Assembly: GCA_044892525.1 (NCBI GenBank)
Contig: CM097885.1
Location: 7,690,001-7,754,000 of the forward strand
DNA length: 64,000 bases
Direction: 5' to 3'
From: Schmidtea polychroa
Taxonomy: Eukaryota
Of the stretch, positions 10,807 to 19,474 are shown piece by piece. The position numbers were made by a program, and so were the translations under genes. The notes under the pieces are model-generated. The model was not told where the DNA came from. It saw nothing but the letters and a program-made list of their open reading frames with translations, and did not search any database. Within the stretch, counting starts at the first letter, position 1. Each line of letters begins with the position of its first letter.

Positions 10807-12099
10807 ATGAATAATATAAATCTTAAAATTCAAGAAAAAAATAAATTAAATCTTGATTATAATAAAGAATTTACTCATGAAATCAAGAAAAACGATGTAC
10901 TTAAAATCTCCCCAACTTCAGGATCTATTGCAAACTTAAATCGTAGGGGTGATATAGTTTTTCAATCTCTTCAAACATCAAACCCTATAGATATTTGTAA
11001 TGCCAAATTATATTATAAAATCGAATTAGAAATTGAAGCAAACAAAGATATAACCCTAGAAAATAATTTCTTTCCAAATTTATTCTCCAATATGAGATTA
11101 AAACTAGGATCATCAGAAATTGAAACTGTTTTACATCCGGGAGTATATTCTACAATGTTAAATTTTATTTTGACTGGTTGTGATTATAAAAACGAATATG
11201 GTGAATTAACAGGTTGGATTCCTGATGTTAATAAAGGGGATTTAGATAAAGATGGTTTAGATGTAAACCATGGTTACTATAAAAGAGCTGAACTTTATAA
11301 ATCTAAAAAATTTGAAGGTTATTTTGAATTAAAACACTTGTTTGGATTCCTTCAAAACTATAATCGTATACTTCATAATGTTTTTATAGAATTCATCTGT
11401 AATAGAGTAGAAGGTGATAAAAGATTGTTCTATGGAGCTGTAGATACAAAAGCTAAATTAAAATTATCAACACTTGAATTACATATACCTGAATGGACAT
11501 TAAACCCACATTCTGAGATTAAACTCCTTGAAAGATTAAATTCCAACAAGTCTATAAATGTAAATTATTTAAATAGAATCTGTAGTGAATTTAGTATGAC
11601 AGAGGGTTCAACATATTCTATAAAGGTAGCAAATTTAGCATACCGACCAAGATATATCTTGATTGGATTCAAAGAAGTAGATTCATCTTTCCAAAAAAAT
11701 AACAACTTGTTTATTCAAAAGATTGGAGTTGATAATTTAAAAACAATCCAAATTCAATTAAATAGTTCTTATTATCCAATAAATAGAATGGAATTTAATA
11801 TTGAAAATAATGAAAACATATTCCCATATCTAAATTATATTGAAACATGTTATGATTTCAAAGTTGAACCGCAATTAAGTTTAGAAGATTTCAAAAATTT
11901 ATATTCTATATTTTGTATAAATGTTTCAGACCAAGATGATCGCCTAGCCATAAATAATGTTGATGTTAAACTTCATGTAACAAAGGATTCTAATTTTAAA
12001 GCTAAAGTATATACATTAATATTAGAAGAAAAGAAAATAGAAATGAAATTATATGGTGGAAAGATTTCAATAATCGAAAATGTTAGGGGAGATTCTTAA
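10807..12099 (+). CDS. Polinton major capsid protein (double jelly-roll, hexon-like)
   Basis: 430 aa, LENNFFPNLFS, RPRYILIGF, LNSSYYP, FKNLYSIFCINVS motifs typical of Polinton MCP; genomic context. Confidence 0.85.
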   Translation: MNNINLKIQEKNKLNLDYNKEFTHEIKKNDVLKISPTSGSIANLNRRGDIVFQSLQTSNPIDICNAKLYYKIELEIEANKDITLENNFFPNLFSNMRLKLGSSEIETVLHPGVYSTMLNFILTGCDYKNEYGELTGWIPDVNKGDLDKDGLDVNHGYYKRAELYKSKKFEGYFELKHLFGFLQNYNRILHNVFIEFICNRVEGDKRLFYGAVDTKAKLKLSTLELHIPEWTLNPHSEIKLLERLNSNKSINVNYLNRICSEFSMTEGSTYSIKVANLAYRPRYILIGFKEVDSSFQKNNNLFIQKIGVDNLKTIQIQLNSSYYPINRMEFNIENNENIFPYLNYIETCYDFKVEPQLSLEDFKNLYSIFCINVSDQDDRLAINNVDVKLHVTKDSNFKAKVYTLILEEKKIEMKLYGGKISIIENVRGDS

Positions 12100-12128
12100 T
12101 ATAATCCCTGATATTTTAACATTTTAAA

Positions 12129-13538
12129 ATGTCTCTAAATAAATATTGGAGATGTGAAACTTGTAATTGTCAAGTTACAAGACATCATAAAGCAAGCCAT
12201 CTTAAAACTAAAAAACATACAGTAGGTGACCTAATTCCACGAGCTGGAGGCGATTTGCAATCTTCAAAAACAACATCTTCAATATTAAAACCTTTTACTA
12301 CAGAAAAATATCCAGGTGAAAGACATTTATTTAAACACAACTATACTGGACCAGGAACATGTCTAGATATTAGATTAGATGAAAATAATAATCCCAAACA
12401 AGGAGAAGAACCAATAAATAGAATTGATCAAGCAGCTTTAAAACATGACATTGCATACAATTCAACAAATCTTAGAGATAGACATGTTGCAGATGTGAAT
12501 TTAATACATGATTTAAATAGTATCCAAAATCCATCAACCCAAGAAAAGATTCAAAGAGCTCTAGTTAAATTAGCAATGAAAGGTAAGATTTTCATAGGCT
12601 TAGGACACAGTCCGATCACCATGGGTGCAAGACTTCCTAGGAAAGCAAAAGATGTTGCTTATAAAAAGATTATCGAACAAGCAGAGATTGAAAGATCCCT
12701 CGAGAGTACAGCCAAGACTAGTTTACAAACCCCAACAGAATCAGAAATAAAATATGCAAATGAATTACACCATGAATTTAGAAAAAATAAAAAATATTTA
12801 AAAGTTCAAGTACATGAAAAAGATCAAACATGGTCTGCAGATTTAGTCTTTATGCCCAAATCATCAGACCCTGAAAAATATAAAATAATTTTAACTGTAA
12901 TAGATTTATATACAAGATTTGCTTTTGCAAGATGTTTAGAAAATAAAACAGGATATTCTATTACAGAAGCATTTGAAAATATATTTGAAGAAAATCAAAG
13001 AATCCCAAAATATTTATGGTGTGATAAAGGAACAGAATTTTATAACAAAGTTTTTACAAAGTTTTTAAATGAAAATGATATTAAATTATATTCAACAGAA
13101 AACGAAGGAAAAGCAGTCGTAGTTGAAAGATTAAATAGAACATTAAAAAATAAAATGTGGAAATATTTTACTGCTATTGGAAAACAAAAATGGAACAATG
13201 AATTGTTACAAAAGATTGTAAATGAATATAATAATGATGTACATAGTTCTATAAAATCAACACCTTTAAATGCTTCCATGAATCCTGAAACCATTAAAGT
13301 GGTAAATATTGAAAATGATGTTATTGAAAAACCAAAGTTTAAAATTGGTGACCGAGTAAGAATATTTAAATATAAAAATAAATTTGAAAAAGGATTCACA
13401 GCAAAATGGACAAATGAAATTTTTATTATAAATAAAATACATTATACAACTCCAATAACATATAGCATCATTGATTTAAATAATGAAAAAATATTAGGTA
13501 GATTTTATAATAATGAGTTACAGAAAACAGATTTTTAA
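12129..13538 (+). CDS. Retroviral-like (c-)integrase with N-terminal Zn finger and parvovirus-type phospholipase A2 domain
   Basis: DDE: WSADL, WCDKGTEF, VVERLNRTLK; C-terminal KFKIGDRVRI..GFTAKWTNEIF; PLA2 motifs NYTGPGT and DQAALKHDIAY; CxxC..HxxxxxH at the N-terminus. Confidence 0.93.
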   Translation: MSLNKYWRCETCNCQVTRHHKASHLKTKKHTVGDLIPRAGGDLQSSKTTSSILKPFTTEKYPGERHLFKHNYTGPGTCLDIRLDENNNPKQGEEPINRIDQAALKHDIAYNSTNLRDRHVADVNLIHDLNSIQNPSTQEKIQRALVKLAMKGKIFIGLGHSPITMGARLPRKAKDVAYKKIIEQAEIERSLESTAKTSLQTPTESEIKYANELHHEFRKNKKYLKVQVHEKDQTWSADLVFMPKSSDPEKYKIILTVIDLYTRFAFARCLENKTGYSITEAFENIFEENQRIPKYLWCDKGTEFYNKVFTKFLNENDIKLYSTENEGKAVVVERLNRTLKNKMWKYFTAIGKQKWNNELLQKIVNEYNNDVHSSIKSTPLNASMNPETIKVVNIENDVIEKPKFKIGDRVRIFKYKNKFEKGFTAKWTNEIFIINKIHYTTPITYSIIDLNNEKILGRFYNNELQKTDF

Positions 13539-13549
13539 GTCGACAAGCC

Positions 13550-14395
13550 CTAAAACAAACTTTTCCATATTTCAGCTTCTTCTCTATCCAAATAAATATA
13601 ATTATATTTTTCTTTCCAATGATTATCAACAAACATATCAAACATATTCTTATCAGGTTCAACATTTGAAAATAAATCATTATAAATCATATTCTTATCA
13701 CGGCGATCTAATTTAAAAAATATAAAACAATTGGAATTATTTCTTATTGAATTTTTATCTAAAGCATAATATGTTTGAGATATATAAATAACATTACAAT
13801 TATTATGTCGACCTCGTGTAAAGTAACTCTTTTGAATCTCTTGATTTTTCATATTAACAACATCATCAAATATAACTAGATTCTTTTTATCTTTAGGAAG
13901 TAAATCACAATGTAAAACATCTTCAGGTTTATTAGAGAATAAAACTTGAATTGCCTCCTGCCCTTCTTCACAAATATAATCATTTTTATTACTAATATCT
14001 GATTCTAAAATCTTTTCCTTATACCAATCAACCATATCACAAGGTTGAAAAACTTCTTCAGGACACCTATGTTGATTTTTAAAAATATCAATTATTGCTT
14101 TTTTAGTTAATTTATTTTCAAATCCACATTTCAAAAGTTGTAATTCTGGTTGATTTATGGTTGTAGAATAAAAGATTAAATTATTATAATCTAAAAAATC
14201 ATCTTCAAGTAACATTCTCAAAACAAGTACATTCTTTCCACATCCAGAAGAACCAACAATTAATAATCTAAAATTATCAGGAAATACTTTATTATTGAAT
14301 TTACTCTTATGTCTATTTAAAATTGGTTTCCAAATTATTGGACTTCGTACATCCATTTTGTTTATTATAAAATGACAACTGAAGAATCTTTGCAA
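13550..14395 (-). CDS. A32/FtsK-like genome packaging ATPase (true start probably MDVRSP at 14356)
   Basis: Walker A GSSGCGKN, Walker B LVIFDD, TRGRHNNCNVIYISQTY, IRNNSN. Confidence 0.93.
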   Translation of the reverse strand: MQRFFSCHFIINKMDVRSPIIWKPILNRHKSKFNNKVFPDNFRLLIVGSSGCGKNVLVLRMLLEDDFLDYNNLIFYSTTINQPELQLLKCGFENKLTKKAIIDIFKNQHRCPEEVFQPCDMVDWYKEKILESDISNKNDYICEEGQEAIQVLFSNKPEDVLHCDLLPKDKKNLVIFDDVVNMKNQEIQKSYFTRGRHNNCNVIYISQTYYALDKNSIRNNSNCFIFFKLDRRDKNMIYNDLFSNVEPDKNMFDMFVDNHWKEKYNYIYLDREEAEIWKSLF

Positions 14396-14965
14396 GAATT
14401 AATAAATTCAAATAAAAATAAATCAGTAGTAATTGATGGTAAAAAATATTTTATTGGAAAACATGTAAAAGAACAAGTTAGAGCGAAGCTCCACGAAGCT
14501 AAAGAAGGTGGCATTCTTCCATTAGCTGCTTTAATACCTGCAATCATTGCTGGTTTATCAGGTGCTGCTGGAATAGCTGGAGGAATTGCAACTACAGTTC
14601 AAAAAGCTAAAGAATCTCAAAAGACAGACCTAGAAAAAGAAAAACTACAAACTGAAATCGATTCAATGAAGAAGGTAGGGCAAGCTAAAGGGGGAGTGTC
14701 CGTTGGAAAGGTTCTCTATCTTAATCCATATGAGGGGAGTCGGCAAAAGTCTCAGGGCAAAGGTCTCTATCTTGATCCTTATAAAGGTAGAGGTTTAAAT
14801 GATTTTTTAAAAAATCAAATTTCTACATCTGAATCTCTATCTTCAAAAGATAAAGAAGATTTAAAAAAAATATGTAAATCTTTAAAGAATGGATGCCTTT
14901 GTAAAACTAAAAATGGTAAAGGATTATACTTGAAGCCCTTTCCAACGGATCCTTTACCAAAATGA
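14372..14965 (+). CDS. pX/pre-mu-like virion core protein
   Basis: GG|ILPLAALIPAIIAGLSGAAGIAGG resembles adenovirus pX; repeated GKGLYL/GxG putative protease sites; basic. Confidence 0.65.
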   Translation: MTTEESLQELINSNKNKSVVIDGKKYFIGKHVKEQVRAKLHEAKEGGILPLAALIPAIIAGLSGAAGIAGGIATTVQKAKESQKTDLEKEKLQTEIDSMKKVGQAKGGVSVGKVLYLNPYEGSRQKSQGKGLYLDPYKGRGLNDFLKNQISTSESLSSKDKEDLKKICKSLKNGCLCKTKNGKGLYLKPFPTDPLPK

Positions 14966-14987
14966 TACCATTTTTAATACCATAAAA

Positions 14988-15857
14988 ATGGTATATGAAG
15001 AAAGATTAGCACTTTTAAAAAAATTACAATCAGAACAAGATAAATATAATAAAAAAGATACAAGTCAACATGCTGAATCTATAATATTAAATGAGGTAAT
15101 AACACAACAACAGGGGCCAACAATTAAAGCTATAAAAGGATTAAATGAGCAAGCAAAATTTAAAGAGTTAGAAGATGGAGGAAGTCCCCGTGAACAAAAA
15201 ATAAAAAAACTAGAGTGGAAGGAAGAATCCAGTGAAAGTCATTCTGAAAGAAATCAAAGAAAACGCAGAAGAATTTCTAATGCGGAAGAAGAAGAAGAAA
15301 TGTTTTTAAAAACAAAACCTCTTAAAGTTGATCCTAAAATTAGAGATGATTTACCTCCTTCAATTAGACCCACATTTAATACTAATACTGAAGGATATCA
15401 AATAATAACAATTAATAAACAAAACTTTACTTTATATTCAAATTCAGAAAATAAATCACGTATTCATTCACAAAATGTTTATAATAATGAATATTTAGAC
15501 TTTGAATTTACAGATGATTTTTATAAATTACTTTGTGGATATTCTTCAGATGATCTTGAAGAAATTAAAAAATATTTAAATTTAATAAGATTAATAAGAG
15601 CTGGTTCTAAAGCAAAATATATTCAAGATTTAAAGAATTATTTAGATAAAAATGAAAAGGGTTATGTTGTTACAGAGGGAGAGGGATTAATTAGTGAAGG
15701 AAATCCCATCAATCTTTTTATTGAATTAAGAAAACTATTAGCTGCAAGGAAAGCAGGACATAATAATTTAGATTCTGATATTTTAAAGATTTCTAAAGAT
15801 TTGTTAAAACAAGGAATAATTTCAAAAGATAAATTTAATAAGTATACGAAGTTATAA
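14988..15857 (+). CDS. Conserved-type Polinton hypothetical protein, 289 aa
   Basis: Intact ORF in the virion gene block; C-terminal GEGL..LRKLLAARKAGHNN..LLKQGII motif; basic NLS-like RKRRR. Confidence 0.6.
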   Translation: MVYEERLALLKKLQSEQDKYNKKDTSQHAESIILNEVITQQQGPTIKAIKGLNEQAKFKELEDGGSPREQKIKKLEWKEESSESHSERNQRKRRRISNAEEEEEMFLKTKPLKVDPKIRDDLPPSIRPTFNTNTEGYQIITINKQNFTLYSNSENKSRIHSQNVYNNEYLDFEFTDDFYKLLCGYSSDDLEEIKKYLNLIRLIRAGSKAKYIQDLKNYLDKNEKGYVVTEGEGLISEGNPINLFIELRKLLAARKAGHNNLDSDILKISKDLLKQGIISKDKFNKYTKL

Positions 15858-15879
15858 ATACGAAGTTATAAAATACAAA

Positions 15880-16332
15880 ATGACTCCTTCAATATTAGAT
15901 TTTTTAAAAACATTTGGAATAAATGCAAAAACAAATTTTGATTTAAAAGATTATGCAAATTATTTAAATTTAAAAATTAAAATATTAATGAATGATGAAT
16001 TATCAAGTCTGGAGAGTCCCCTGAATATAATAATCAATTATCAAAATTCAAATGAAAAAGGATCTCATTGGGTTTGTATATATAAGAAGTCTATCTACTT
16101 TGATTCTTTTGGGATTAAACCTACTAAAGAAGTTGAAGATTATCTCTTGAGGGGTTCTCCGATTGATTCCCCAAATGGTTATACTTTTAACTCTTTACAA
16201 GTTCAACCTTTGAATACTAAAATATGTGGTATTTTAAGTTTATATGTTTTGTATAGATTGAATATGGGGCATACGCAGGATTTTGAATCTATAATTCAAG
16301 AAATTTATAATGATCTAGAATCTCTACTATAA
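15880..16332 (+). CDS. Adenain-like cysteine (maturation) protease
   Basis: GSHWVCI (His), YFDSFG (Asp), QVQ..ICG (oxyanion Gln and Cys). Confidence 0.92.
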   Translation: MTPSILDFLKTFGINAKTNFDLKDYANYLNLKIKILMNDELSSLESPLNIIINYQNSNEKGSHWVCIYKKSIYFDSFGIKPTKEVEDYLLRGSPIDSPNGYTFNSLQVQPLNTKICGILSLYVLYRLNMGHTQDFESIIQEIYNDLESLL

Positions 16333-16380
16333 GGATTTTTACTATAAGGATTTTTACTATATGAATTTACTACTAAAGAA

Positions 16381-17127
16381 ATGGAGCTTCACAACCCTCC
16401 GGAAGATAATTTAAAAAAAATGGTAAACATAATGTCAGATAAATATTCAAGAACTTTATCTATAAATTCAAAAGAATCAGAGTTTACTATAAACTTTCAA
16501 GATTCAATTAAATTAGATCAAAATTTAAATTATGAATTGGGGCTATTATGGTTTTGTGCTTATAATACTATTTTTAATATAACTAAAGATAATAATAAAT
16601 TTACTATTCAAACTCGTGATGGGCATAAACCAGAAATTATAACAATAGAACCTGGGGCATATGAGATAAAAGATTTAAATGATATACTTTCTAAAAAAAC
16701 AAATGAAGGAATTAAAATTAAAATGGATATACCAACTTCAAAATGTGTAATGACTTTGAAGAATATAAAAATTAGTTTTTTAGATAATTGTTTCTTTCAC
16801 ACAGTTTTAGGATTTAAACCTATGGATATAACAATAAAAGAAGATAAAATAATAACATCAGAACATATTATAAAAATAATAAATACAAACACAATAAATA
16901 TTCATTGCGATTGTATAACAGGTTCTTATAATAATGGTAAACAAACAAATGTTTTATATTCCTTTCCCTCAAACACAGTTCCTATGGGATATAAAATAGT
17001 TGAAAGAATGAATCCTCCAAATTATTTACCTTTATGTAGAAAATATATAATGGATATTAATTTTAAAATTCTTAATCAAGAAGGAGAATTGATTGATTTT
17101 AATGGAGAAGAGATTTCAATGTATTAA
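16381..17127 (+). CDS. Minor capsid protein (penton-like, single jelly-roll); possibly truncated by a few residues
   Basis: YNTIFNI, IEPGAYEIKDLN, INIHCDCITGSY, LYSF, GELIDFNGE motifs; position after the protease. Confidence 0.75.
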   Translation: MELHNPPEDNLKKMVNIMSDKYSRTLSINSKESEFTINFQDSIKLDQNLNYELGLLWFCAYNTIFNITKDNNKFTIQTRDGHKPEIITIEPGAYEIKDLNDILSKKTNEGIKIKMDIPTSKCVMTLKNIKISFLDNCFFHTVLGFKPMDITIKEDKIITSEHIIKIINTNTINIHCDCITGSYNNGKQTNVLYSFPSNTVPMGYKIVERMNPPNYLPLCRKYIMDINFKILNQEGELIDFNGEEISMY

Positions 17128-17185
17128 CATTTGAAACAGGTTTAGTTCCTCTCAGGGGACTCCGTCCATTTTAAATTATTAATAA

Positions 17186-18196
17186 ATGAGTTCTTATATT
17201 CCATGTAATAGAGGTGGTGAAACAATAAAAACAGGGTTTAATACAGAAGAAATATTAACTTTAACAGAAAATAAATATATTAATGAAAGAGGTGATTCAA
17301 TGAAGGGTGATTTAATTTTAAATGGACACAAGATAAAAGAATTATCTTTTCCAACTGATGAAGCTGATGCAGTTAATAAGAAATATGTAGATGGTGTTAA
17401 AAAATATACTGATTTAACAACAACAAGAATTGAAAGTTCATTAACAACAAAAATTGATTCAATGGAATCAAAGCTTAATAATATCGAACAACGATTTAAT
17501 GATAAATTTGACAAGTTACAAAGTCTGTTAACTGAACAAGTTGTAAAGTTAAATACTGCTATATTAAATTCTAAAGATAAACAAATTATGAATACTAAAT
17601 TTAATGCAATATATAATATAATAAATGAGATGATTACATCATTTAATAAAAGAATTTCAAATTTAGAGTCTCATGGAACACACATTAACACCACACATAG
17701 TATTAGAAAAAGAGCTGCTGAATTAGAACAGAATAAAACATTATTACCCCATACATATAAACATTTTATAGAACCAAGTTTAATAACAACAAACAGTAAA
17801 GAATGGGGTGTTTTTATGGTTGTAAAAATTATTGATCCTTATTTCTTTTTGTTTGATGATGATAATGAAAGAATGAAATGGTTTGTGAAATGTGATTATA
17901 ATAGTAAGCTTGAAAAGGGTGATGTTATAATGACTAGTTATGATTTACCACACGGAGATTGGTATGTTAATACTCATTCACATGGACTACATAAAGTTAA
18001 AAGTAAGAATATTCATTTTTCTAGTTCACTTGTACAATATATAGATTTAATATTTTATGAAAAAAAGGTTGATGTTGATGAAGTTCGTAAAGCATTGAGA
18101 GAATTGTATAAAGACATCCTCTCAACAAGATTTTCTTTTGATATCCGAGTATTGGTGCCAGATGGTGCTCAGAAGAATAAAGTCTTATTTTTTTAA
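17186..18196 (+). CDS. Putative fibre/receptor-binding protein
   Basis: GDSMKGDLILNGHKIKELSFPTDEADAVNKKYVD fibre-shaft-type repeat, then coiled coil and a beta-rich C-terminal domain. Confidence 0.55.
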   Translation: MSSYIPCNRGGETIKTGFNTEEILTLTENKYINERGDSMKGDLILNGHKIKELSFPTDEADAVNKKYVDGVKKYTDLTTTRIESSLTTKIDSMESKLNNIEQRFNDKFDKLQSLLTEQVVKLNTAILNSKDKQIMNTKFNAIYNIINEMITSFNKRISNLESHGTHINTTHSIRKRAAELEQNKTLLPHTYKHFIEPSLITTNSKEWGVFMVVKIIDPYFFLFDDDNERMKWFVKCDYNSKLEKGDVIMTSYDLPHGDWYVNTHSHGLHKVKSKNIHFSSSLVQYIDLIFYEKKVDVDEVRKALRELYKDILSTRFSFDIRVLVPDGAQKNKVLFF

Positions 18197-18204
18197 TTAT
18201 TAAA

Positions 18205-18801
18205 ATGGAAGAAGTAAGAGAAGAAAAAATTTACCCAGAATTGAGATCATCAGGATATTATTCTTCCAAGGCCTCGGCTCCCACAGAACTTGAAATTATG
18301 AGAGTAAAAGAATTTAAATCAGAAACCTTACATTTACAAGATTTATTAAAGCATTATAAAAAAATTAAAAATAGATGGAATAAAGGGAATACAGTTTTAA
18401 AAGTTATAGGTTATTCTTTAGGATTTGCATCTGCAATATTAACAGTTATTTTACCCATAACTTTACCAGTTTTAACACTTGCGCCAGTAATACTTGGAAG
18501 TATTTCTGTAGCTGATAGTTTCTTAACTGAAATAGTTTCATTATCTTATACTTCTAAAAAGAAAAGTTTATATAGAGAAGTTTGTTTATCAATAGAATTA
18601 GGAATCTCTAAATTATTTTTATTTCAATTAAAAGCTTTGGAAGATGGAATCCTGACAGACGAAGAAATAATGAAATCAAATCAAATAATACAAGATATAA
18701 AGAATGAGGTTATAAGATTAAAAAGGGAGGGCATGGTGGCTAATGTTATAAGTAATAAAAAAACATCTCGAGAAAAATGGTTAAAGAATTCTTACTTATA
18801 A
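18205..18801 (+). CDS. Polinton-associated membrane protein with hydrophobic hairpin
   Basis: IYPEL..SAP N-terminus, hydrophobic stretch VIGYSLGFASAILTVILPITLPVLTLAPVILG, KALEDGILTDEE motif. Confidence 0.6.
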   Translation: MEEVREEKIYPELRSSGYYSSKASAPTELEIMRVKEFKSETLHLQDLLKHYKKIKNRWNKGNTVLKVIGYSLGFASAILTVILPITLPVLTLAPVILGSISVADSFLTEIVSLSYTSKKKSLYREVCLSIELGISKLFLFQLKALEDGILTDEEIMKSNQIIQDIKNEVIRLKREGMVANVISNKKTSREKWLKNSYL

Positions 18802-18895
18802 AATGGGTGTATTTTTAAAAAAGTAGATCAGGTTGCTATAGTTGCTTAAATTAATTGTCGACATTTTATTATTAAAAAATTAAATATCGTTGGTT

Positions 18896-19450
18896 TCAGT
18901 TATGGTTGAAAGCCAACCTATGAATCATTAATTTATGATCTTTAAATTCTTTATCACTTAGACCTTTTATATATTCAGGATCAGTATTAAAATATTTAAG
19001 TTCTAAACATATAGGATTAAAAACTTGAGAATATAAAGGTTTCTCGATTTCTCTCTCGGGATAAATAATTTCAACATTATAAATATCAAGATCAGTAATC
19101 TTTGTATCATATAACTTATTCAACTTTTCTAGATTTTTTATTATAGGGATTAAATTATTTCCAATAGGTAGAGTTGTCTTTAAATCACTTAGTATGAATC
19201 TCTTATCATCATAATTTGATAATGATACTTTTTGAGATTCTATCAAGTGAATATCATGGTTTTCACTTTTAAGTTGATGTATTTCATCAATTTTATCTTT
19301 ATGATTTGCATTCAATGTATCTATATAATCTTGATGAGAAAGATTCTTTGCAACCACTCTCTGTATTCCTTTACATCTGTTATCCTTTAAATTAGTAATA
19401 TTTTTTATAATTTCAAAAATGTTATTTTCTTGATTTTTAGTTTCCATCAT
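18896..19450 (-). CDS. Stand-alone paralogue of the pPolB C-terminal domain
   Basis: Aligns over ~160 aa with the end of ORF 19475..20839 (KGIQ, HxLKSE, NYDDKRFILSDLKTTLPIGN, ELKYFNTDPEYI). Confidence 0.85.
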   Translation of the reverse strand: MMETKNQENNIFEIIKNITNLKDNRCKGIQRVVAKNLSHQDYIDTLNANHKDKIDEIHQLKSENHDIHLIESQKVSLSNYDDKRFILSDLKTTLPIGNNLIPIIKNLEKLNKLYDTKITDLDIYNVEIIYPEREIEKPLYSQVFNPICLELKYFNTDPEYIKGLSDKEFKDHKLMIHRLAFNHN

Positions 19451-19474
19451 TTTATAGTGTTAAAATTCTAATTC

